Below are positions 25,333 to 32,000 of a stretch of 32,000 bases of DNA, piece after piece. The notes beneath the pieces are model-generated. The model saw only the letters and a program-made list of their open reading frames with translations, was not told where the DNA came from and made no database searches. The DNA comes from Microcystis aeruginosa NIES-2549 (GTDB lineage: Bacteria; Cyanobacteriota; Cyanobacteriia; Cyanobacteriales; Microcystaceae): the NCBI RefSeq assembly GCF_000981785.2, contig NZ_CP011304.1:1350001-1382000 (forward strand), given 5' to 3'. The stretch's first letter is position 1, and the number at the start of each line of letters is the position of its first letter. The translations under genes and the position numbers were made by a program.

Positions 25333-27237
25333 TTATTTAGCGTCGGAGAATTCGGCATCGATGACATCATCGCCGCCACCAGCACCACCAGAGGGGCCAT
25401 TGTCATCATTGCCACCGGGGGGATTGCTAGGGGACCCTTGCTGATACATACTGCTGCCGATCGCGTAGAGGACTTGTTGTAATTCCGGTAGGATGGTTTT
25501 GATCTTACCATCATCGTCTTGAGCGATCGCTTCTTCCAGGTCTTTAATCAACCCTTGGGCTTTATTTTTCTCGGATGGGGGAACCTTATCGCCTAACTCT
25601 TCCAACTGCTTCTCAGCTTGATAAACCAGGGAATCAGCTTGATTTTTGCGTTCAATGCGTTCGCGACGTTCCTTATCGACCGAGGCGTTCGATTCTGCCT
25701 CATTAACCATGCGTTCCACTTCATTTTGGGGCAGGGTAGAAGCGCCGGTGATGCTGATCGATTGTTCTTTTCCTGTACCTTTATCCTTAGCGGTGACATT
25801 TAAAATACCGTTAGCATCGATGTCAAAAACCACTTCGATTTGAGGCACACCACGAGGCGCGGGAGGGATGCCATCGAGTCGGAAAGTTCCCAAACTCTTG
25901 TTATCTTTGGCCATTTCCCGTTCCCCTTGCAGGACGTGGATTTCTACGTTAGTTTGTCCATCTACTGCCGTGGAGAAAACTTCCGATTTTTTGGTGGGGA
26001 TAGTGGTGTTGCGGGTAATAATCCGCGTCATCACACCGCCGAGGGTTTCCACACCCAAAGACAGGGGCGAAACATCAAGCAGAAGAATATCTTTGACTTC
26101 ACCGGCGAGAACACCACCTTGAATGGCAGCACCGACGGCTACCACTTCATCGGGGTTAACGCTTTGGTTAGGATCTTTGCCGAGAACTTTTTTAACTAAT
26201 TCTTGAACGGCGGGAATCCGGGTTGAACCACCGACGAGAACCACTTCATCGAGGGCAGATTTATTGATTTTGGCATCACGGATGGCATTTTCGACGGGAA
26301 TCCGACAGCGATCAATTAAATCGGCGCAAATTTCCTCAAATTTAGCTCTGGTTAAAGTGGTATCTAGGTGTTTTGGTCCTTCGGCGGTAGCGGTGATGAA
26401 GGGCAGGTTAATTTCCGCTTGGGTAACGCTAGAAAGTTCAATTTTGGCTTTTTCTGCCGCTTCTGTGAGACGTTGCAGGGCCTGTTTATCTTGACGGAGA
26501 TCTATTCCTTCAACTTTTTTGAATTCTCCGGCTAGATAATCGACGATTTTTTTATCGAAGTCATCACCACCGAGATGAGTATCTCCAGAGGTAGCAAGAA
26601 CTTCAAAGACACCATCACCCACTTCTAGAACCGATACGTCAAAGGTTCCCCCACCCAAGTCAAAAACGAGAATGGTTTCGTTAGCTTTTTTGTCTAATCC
26701 GTAGGCAAGAGAGGCGGCGGTGGGTTCGTTGATAATGCGGAGAACTTCAACCCCAGCAATTCTCCCGGCATCTTTGGTGGCTTGACGTTGGGAGTCATTA
26801 AAATAAGCGGGTACGGTGATGACTGCTTGGGTAACGGTTTCGCCGAGGTATTTACTGGCATCTTCCACCAGTTTCCGCAGTACCTGGGCGGAAATTTCTT
26901 CGGGGGCGAATTGTTTGCCCTGGGCGGGACAGTCTAATTTAACGTTGCCGTTGCCGTCTTGGAGAGTTTTGTAGGATACTTCTGTGGCTTCGTTGGTAAC
27001 TTCGTTGAATTTCCGGCCGATGAAGCGTTTGACGGAATAAAAGGTATTTTGCGGGTTCATTACCGCTTGACGTTTGGCGATTTGTCCTACTAGGCGGTCG
27101 CCATTTTTGGCGTAGGCGACGACTGAGGGCGTGGTTCTAAATCCTTCGGCGTTGGCGATAACGGTGGGTTTACCCCCTTCCATAACCGCGACGCAGGAGT
27201 TAGTCGTCCCTAAGTCAATTCCAACTACTTTTCCCAT
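25333..27237 (-). CDS. dnaK: Molecular chaperone DnaK (Hsp70; DnaK2-like)
   Basis: [22 protein letters not shown] and [10 protein letters not shown] motifs are present. The acidic/Gly-rich C-terminus ends [12 protein letters not shown]. The start is at 27237, not the tracked 27261. Confidence 0.95.
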   Translation of the reverse strand: MGKVVGIDLGTTNSCVAVMEGGKPTVIANAEGFRTTPSVVAYAKNGDRLVGQIAKRQAVMNPQNTFYSVKRFIGRKFNEVTNEATEVSYKTLQDGNGNVKLDCPAQGKQFAPEEISAQVLRKLVEDASKYLGETVTQAVITVPAYFNDSQRQATKDAGRIAGVEVLRIINEPTAASLAYGLDKKANETILVFDLGGGTFDVSVLEVGDGVFEVLATSGDTHLGGDDFDKKIVDYLAGEFKKVEGIDLRQDKQALQRLTEAAEKAKIELSSVTQAEINLPFITATAEGPKHLDTTLTRAKFEEICADLIDRCRIPVENAIRDAKINKSALDEVVLVGGSTRIPAVQELVKKVLGKDPNQSVNPDEVVAVGAAIQGGVLAGEVKDILLLDVSPLSLGVETLGGVMTRIITRNTTIPTKKSEVFSTAVDGQTNVEIHVLQGEREMAKDNKSLGTFRLDGIPPAPRGVPQIEVVFDIDANGILNVTAKDKGTGKEQSISITGASTLPQNEVERMVNEAESNASVDKERRERIERKNQADSLVYQAEKQLEELGDKVPPSEKNKAQGLIKDLEEAIAQDDDGKIKTILPELQQVLYAIGSSMYQQGSPSNPPGGNDDNGPSGGAGGGDDVIDAEFSDAK

Positions 27238-27469
27238 AATCTTTGTGCTGCTCCGATACAACTATAGTGACTTCTAGAATCGGAACTGTACTCGGTTTTT
27301 AGGCGATACCCACCCTTATCAGTTCCTTCGTTATCTCTATAGTGCAAAATAACCCCGCTTTCTCGATAGTGTAGGTATCCGAACCTTTTTGGTAGTATTG
27401 CAGTAGTCGGTAAACCTCTGGTAAAAGTTAACAATTGTCGTGGGGGCAGTCTGAACGAGTAATTTAGAT

Positions 27470-27676
27470 AGGGGCTGCTGAAAAAGTTTTTCGTGGGGGC
27501 AGGGTGTGGGGTGTGGGGTGTAGGGTTTTACCGATTTTGAGGTAGTCAGTTACCTAATTTTCAGGGAAAAAGTCCAGGAATTTTACCCCCGATCCTCCAA
27601 TGGTCGGCACTTTTTGAGGTAAAAAAAGTCTAAAAGCCTTATCCAACAAGGTTTTTAGATTTTTTCAGCAAGCCCT
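27470..27676. mobile_element. 207-bp MITE related to the IS at 15584-17267
   Basis: Termini AGGGGCTGCTGAAAAAGT / TTTTTCAGCAAGCCCT correspond to the IS termini AGGGTTTGCTGAAAAAGT / TTCAGCAAACCCT. The subterminal block CTAAAAGCC..AAGGTTTTTA is shared with the IS right end. 4-bp direct repeats AGAT lie at 27466-27469 and 27677-27680. The element carries a GGGGTGT heptamer array. Confidence 0.75.
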
Positions 27677-27809
27677 AGATAGTCAATAGCTTATCCTCTG
27701 CGCTAAAATTACGATCGCCGATAACAATTTATCTAAATTCATCGCAGAATCTCCATTGCCTTATTGTCTTGGTTGCATCGGCTTTTGACCTGATTATTTC
27801 ATAAAAAAT

Positions 27810-28991
27810 ATGACTTACGAAACTCTGGAACTTTCCACACCGACACCGATTTTATCTTGGGCGGGCCATGAATTGGGACCCCAAGAAACCCAAATGGTCA
27901 AAAATGTCGCTTCCCTCCCCTTTGTTTATAAACACATTTCTTTAATGCCCGATGTTCACTTGGGTAAAGGTGCTTTAGTCGGTTCGGTGATTGCCACCAA
28001 AGATGCCGTAATTCCTGCCGCCGTTGGAGTCGATATCGGTTGCGGCATGGCTGCCCTAAAAATGCCTTTTACTGGTGAACAATTGCAGGGAAAACTTAAA
28101 AAAATTCGCCTCGATGTGGAGGCGAATATTCCCGTCGGTTTTGCGGAAAATAAAGAAGTGGATCGGGAAGTAACTAAATGGCCAAAATGGGCGGAATTTA
28201 AACAGATTCATCGAGGCGTACAAAACCTAGAGAAAAAAGCCCTTAAACAAATGGGTTCCCTGGGAGGTGGCAATCACTTTATCGAAATTTGTTTAGATAC
28301 AGATAATCAAGTTTGGTTAATGCTCCATTCCGGTTCTAGAGGTATTGGTAATCAACTGGCCCAATGTCATATTGATACGGCCAAAGAGTTAGCAAAACTA
28401 GCAGAATGTAAATTACCCGACCTCGATTTGGCCTACTTTGTCGCTGGTACAGAAGAATTTGCCGCCTACTGGCATGACCTACAATGGGCCCAGGAATATG
28501 CCCGTTATAATCGGGAAATTATGATGGCTAGATTTAAACGGATTGTTGAAAAACATCTAGCGGGAGGCAAACCAACTAAACCCCTCTTAGTAGTTAATTG
28601 TCATCACAATTATGCCGAAAAAGAAATTCATTTTGGGGAGGAAGTTTATGTCACCCGAAAAGGAGCCGTCCGCGCCAGAGAAACCGATTATGGTATTATC
28701 CCCGGTTCCATGGGAGCGCAATCTTATATTGTTAAAGGTAAAGGAGAACATAATAGCTTCTGTTCCTGTTCCCACGGGGCCGGGCGCTTGATGTCGAGAA
28801 ATCTGGCTAAAAAAACCTTTACTCTTGATGATTTAATCGCCCAAACCCAAGGGGTTGAATGCCGCAAAGATGAGGGCGTTATTGATGAGATTCCGGGGGC
28901 CTATAAACCGATCCAACAGGTGATGAATCAACAGGCTGATCTAGTGGAAATTGTCGCCACTCTCAAGCAGGTGATGTGTGTCAAAGGTTAA
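27810..28991 (+). CDS. rtcB: RNA-splicing ligase RtcB
   Basis: GGGNHFIE, HSGSRG, NCHHNY and SCSHGAGR motifs are present in a 393-aa ORF. There is no rtcA or rtcR nearby. Confidence 0.9.
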   Translation: MTYETLELSTPTPILSWAGHELGPQETQMVKNVASLPFVYKHISLMPDVHLGKGALVGSVIATKDAVIPAAVGVDIGCGMAALKMPFTGEQLQGKLKKIRLDVEANIPVGFAENKEVDREVTKWPKWAEFKQIHRGVQNLEKKALKQMGSLGGGNHFIEICLDTDNQVWLMLHSGSRGIGNQLAQCHIDTAKELAKLAECKLPDLDLAYFVAGTEEFAAYWHDLQWAQEYARYNREIMMARFKRIVEKHLAGGKPTKPLLVVNCHHNYAEKEIHFGEEVYVTRKGAVRARETDYGIIPGSMGAQSYIVKGKGEHNSFCSCSHGAGRLMSRNLAKKTFTLDDLIAQTQGVECRKDEGVIDEIPGAYKPIQQVMNQQADLVEIVATLKQVMCVKG

Positions 28992-29103
28992 AAATCATGG
29001 CCAGAGCGATCGATTTTTACGGAACCCGAATTTTTACGCGATTTTGGGGACAGATTATTTCTTGATTGGGCCCAGAATCAGTGAGCAGTCTAGGAATTTA
29101 GGG

Positions 29104-29868
29104 TCACAGATCCAGTAACATCAACTCCTCGACTAAATCAAAATTAGCCGTTACCGATTGCACATCATCGAGAGATTCTAGGGTGTCGATTAACTTCAAT
29201 AAAAAACGGGCCTGGTCTCGATCGCTCACTTCTAGGGTATTAGTGGGAATCCAGCGTAATTCTGCTTCTTTGACCTTAAATCCCGCTGCTTGCAGAACCT
29301 TATTCAATCTCTCCAGGTTAGACACCTCAGTAAACACTTCTGCTCCTTGACCTTCCTCCGCACTGTCAAAAAACTCGTAGGATTGGGCCTGGCCCTCTAG
29401 GGAAGCTTCTAAAAGCTGATCCTCATCAATAGTTCCCTCAAGACGAATTACCCCCTTATGGTCAAACATCCAGCCTACACAGCCCGTTTCACCTAAATTA
29501 CCGCCATTTTTGCTAAAAGCCACCCGCAGATCCGCAGCCGTGCGATTGCGATTATCGGTCAGTGCTTCGATCAGGATCGCCACACCCCCGGGACCATAAC
29601 CCTCGTAGCGAATTTCCTCAAAAGCTGAGTCATTTTCCCAAGTTCCCGCCCCTTTAGCGATCGCTCTTTCGATATTGTCATTAGGAATACCGGCCGCCTT
29701 GGCTTTTTCGATCGCCGTGCGTAGCTGAAAATTGCCCGCCGGATCGGGAACACCGTTACGCGTAGCCACGATAATGGCCCGGGATAACTGGGTGAAAGTT
29801 TTACCTTTTTTGGCATCAACCCGGGCTTTTTGTCGTTTAATATTTGCCCATTTACTATGACCAGCCAT
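29104..29868 (-). CDS. YebC/PmpR family DNA-binding transcriptional regulator
   Basis: The N-terminus [23 protein letters not shown] is diagnostic. The length is 254 aa. Confidence 0.9.
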   Translation of the reverse strand: MAGHSKWANIKRQKARVDAKKGKTFTQLSRAIIVATRNGVPDPAGNFQLRTAIEKAKAAGIPNDNIERAIAKGAGTWENDSAFEEIRYEGYGPGGVAILIEALTDNRNRTAADLRVAFSKNGGNLGETGCVGWMFDHKGVIRLEGTIDEDQLLEASLEGQAQSYEFFDSAEEGQGAEVFTEVSNLERLNKVLQAAGFKVKEAELRWIPTNTLEVSDRDQARFLLKLIDTLESLDDVQSVTANFDLVEELMLLDL

Positions 29869-30082
29869 ATCTATCTAAGATATCCAACATCAAAAATCTA
29901 GCAGATCGATCACTCTTGGTAAATCCGGGGATAATTGTCAACGAGTGCCGGGTAATGATCATAAATCCTGTTTAGAAACTATAGGGGAGCGGGTAGTGCG
30001 AGCATTTGTCCTAAAATTCCCGATAGGCGGTTTAAATCCAGTACAGCTTATTATAGAAAAGGTTGATTGATCAGGTGGCAAT

Positions 30083-30568
30083 ATGGCGCAATTTTCTCGC
30101 AAAACTCTACTAACCTTGTTTGCTAGTATATTAGTATTATTATTCTCCTTGGCTCCAGCCCAAGCGCTAAGTTATAATAACCGCAATTTGACCGATAATG
30201 ACTTTGCGGGGCAGGATTTGCGCGATTCCACCTTCGATCACTCTAATCTGCGCGGTAGTAACTTCAGTCATGCCAATCTAGAAGGAGTGCGCTTTTTTTC
30301 TGCCAACTTGGAGGGGGCTGACTTTAGCGATGCCAATATGAGAAATGTGGATTTAGAATCGGCCCGTTTAACCAAAGCCAACTTTACCAATGCCGTTCTC
30401 GAAGGAGCTTTTGCCACTAACATTTTAATCAAAGGTGCAATTATCGACGGGGCCGATTTTACCGATACAATTATTCGCTCCGATGTGGAAAAATATCTTT
30501 GTGAGATAGCCACAGGAACTAACCCCATAACTGGCAGAAATACCCGCGATACCCTATTTTGTCCCTAA
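30083..30568 (+). CDS. Pentapeptide-repeat protein with signal peptide (probable lumenal/periplasmic)
   Basis: A signal-like N-terminus ([20 protein letters not shown]) is followed by consecutive A(N/D)LxG-type pentapeptides ([33 protein letters not shown]...). Confidence 0.8.
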   Translation: MAQFSRKTLLTLFASILVLLFSLAPAQALSYNNRNLTDNDFAGQDLRDSTFDHSNLRGSNFSHANLEGVRFFSANLEGADFSDANMRNVDLESARLTKANFTNAVLEGAFATNILIKGAIIDGADFTDTIIRSDVEKYLCEIATGTNPITGRNTRDTLFCP

Positions 30569-30720
30569 TCGCGCTGTCATGACCGATCGAATTAGAGCCA
30601 GATCGGCCATAATTGCTGTAAGCTAGTATTCGATTTTTTAACAAAACCTTTAGAATAGACTTTCAAGTAAGTCAGTTCGATCGATCAGTCCCCTCTTGGA
30701 AAAAGGAAATTGTAACCATC

Positions 30721-32000
30721 GTGTCCACCAGTACCCTCGGCAATCAAGACAAAGAGCAGAAACCTAGTAGTGACTCGGATAGCTTTTTCCAAGGAGTCTC
30801 TAGAGTCGCAGGGGGAACTGTTCTCGGCCTGTTGATGGTATCCACGGCCGTGGTGACGGGGGCTGTGGTAGGATTAGCGATTAGTTACCGCAATCTACCC
30901 GATGTGAGGATTTTACGCGGTTACGTCCCCACGGAAACCAGTTATATCTACGATGTTAAAGGCAGACCCCTGACCAGCTTACACGGGGAAGCGCATCGGG
31001 AAGTGGTGGAACTCGATCAAATTTCTCCCAATCTAAAACGGGCCGTGATGGCGATCGAAGATAGCCATTTTTATCACCATCGTGGTATTAATCCTAATAG
31101 TATCGGTCGGGCAGTAGTGGCTAACTGGAAAAGTGGCGGTGTGGTAGAAGGTGCATCTACCCTCACCATGCAGTTAGTCAAAAATATCTTTCTTTCCCAT
31201 CAGCGTACCGTTAGCCGTAAATTAGCCGAGGCGGTCCTGGCAGTACGAGTGGAACAGGTTTTTAGCAAAAATGACATTCTGGAAATGTACCTCAATAATA
31301 TCTATTGGGGTCATAATAATTACGGAGTGCAAACCGCCGCTAAAAGTTATTTTAATAAACCCGCCTCCGAGTTAAATGTAGCAGAATCGGCGATGATGGC
31401 GGGAATAATCCAAGCGCCGGAAGTTTATAGTCCTTTTAATAATTATAAAACCGCCAAGGAAAGACAGGCACTGGTTCTCAGTCGGATGCGTGCCTTAGGT
31501 TGGATTACCCCCGCACAGGAAGAGGCCGCTTTAAAGGAACCACTGAAACTGGGTAAACCCACCGCTTGGCAAGAAAGTAAATTACCCTACGTTACCGATG
31601 CAGTGGTGGCAGAATTGCGGCAAAAATTTGGCAAAGAAACCCTAACTAAAGGGGGAATGCGGATTCAAACCACGATCGATCTCGACTTTCAAAACATGGC
31701 CGAGTCTACCATCCAAAGGGCCTATAATAGCTTGCGTCGTCGCGGTATTCGTACCAAAGACCTACAAATTTCTCTAGTCGCAGTGGATCCCCGCACCCAT
31801 TTTGTTAAGGCGCTCGTCGGTGGCGTTGATTACAATAAAAGTCAATTAAACCGGGCCATCCAATCCCGTCGTCAACCGGGGTCAGCTTTTAAACCTTTTG
31901 TCTATTATACTGCCTTCGCTAGTGGTCGTTTTACCCCCGAAACGGTGGTTAATGATGCTCCCATTCGTTTTCGCGAGGCTGGCGGCTTCTATAGCCCAAA
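30721..32000 (+). CDS. Class A penicillin-binding protein (transglycosylase/transpeptidase), 3'-truncated by the window end
   Basis: Not in the ORF track because it is open at the window edge. GTG at 30721 with AAGGA 13 nt upstream. A TM anchor is present. GT51 motifs are EDSHFYHHRG, GASTLTMQL and RKLAEA. The transpeptidase SxxK motif is GSAFKPF. Confidence 0.85.
   Translation, partial: MSTSTLGNQDKEQKPSSDSDSFFQGVSRVAGGTVLGLLMVSTAVVTGAVVGLAISYRNLPDVRILRGYVPTETSYIYDVKGRPLTSLHGEAHREVVELDQISPNLKRAVMAIEDSHFYHHRGINPNSIGRAVVANWKSGGVVEGASTLTMQLVKNIFLSHQRTVSRKLAEAVLAVRVEQVFSKNDILEMYLNNIYWGHNNYGVQTAAKSYFNKPASELNVAESAMMAGIIQAPEVYSPFNNYKTAKERQALVLSRMRALGWITPAQEEAALKEPLKLGKPTAWQESKLPYVTDAVVAELRQKFGKETLTKGGMRIQTTIDLDFQNMAESTIQRAYNSLRRRGIRTKDLQISLVAVDPRTHFVKALVGGVDYNKSQLNRAIQSRRQPGSAFKPFVYYTAFASGRFTPETVVNDAPIRFREAGGFYSP

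Noticed and set aside
25593-26494. Plus-strand and minus-strand ORFs overlapping dnaK (for example 25840-26199 plus, 26264-26494 plus)
   Set aside because: They are antisense or out-of-frame shadows within a highly conserved Hsp70 gene.
27238-27470. Possible CIRCE/HrcA operator or heat-shock promoter in the dnaK leader; repeated CTATAGTG strings
   Set aside because: No TTAGCACTC-N9-GAGTGCTAA-like inverted repeat is present. The TATAGT boxes are oriented for the plus strand, not for dnaK. Support is insufficient.

Overview
This is a cyanobacterial chromosome segment. The evidence is HIP1 octamers (GCGATCGC) at 5919, 5953, 7396, 25523 and 29657, the genes por and sds, a cyAbrB regulator, a Tab2-like gene and pentapeptide and PEP-CTERM proteins. 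The heptamer-repeat and MITE load suggests a Microcystis-like unicellular cyanobacterium, but that is inference only.

Two housekeeping blocks flank an accessory island of about 12.2 kb (13.1-25.3 kb).
- Left block (1-13.1 kb): sds, 2Fe-2S ferredoxin, cimA, ABC-2 permease, rimM, Tab2-like, CPBP protease, cyAbrB, sdhB, a frameshifted CsgG-like gene and por.
- Right block (25.3-32 kb): dnaK, rtcB, yebC-family, pentapeptide protein and a class A PBP.
- The island is bracketed by two copies of a ~38-nt hairpin repeat. I saw no full HIP1 site inside it.

The island carries:
- a PEP-CTERM phytase-like protein;
- an IS200/IS605 tnpA remnant;
- a decayed PIN toxin-antitoxin pair split by a 1.68-kb IS5-superfamily element;
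- a cadherin-repeat gene remnant carrying a 101-bp TA-flanked MITE;
- a 1871-aa adhesin-like protein (two beta-helix modules, cadherin-like repeats, a cohesin-like domain and a C-terminal dockerin);
- a hicAB cassette;
- a small protein made of a paralogous cohesin-like domain plus a PEP-CTERM anchor.

The best candidate for an undescribed system is a cohesin-dockerin surface-display or self-assembly module tethered through PEP-CTERM/exosortase sorting.

The window also holds composite heptanucleotide tandem-repeat modules (a G-quadruplex-prone GGGGTGT array plus an NACTGAT array) placed right at gene 3' ends. A second MITE is related to the resident IS. There are two long poly-A tracts, one of which frameshifts the CsgG-like gene. 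No tRNA, rRNA or CRISPR array was recognised.

All family calls come from motif reading by eye. No searches were run.
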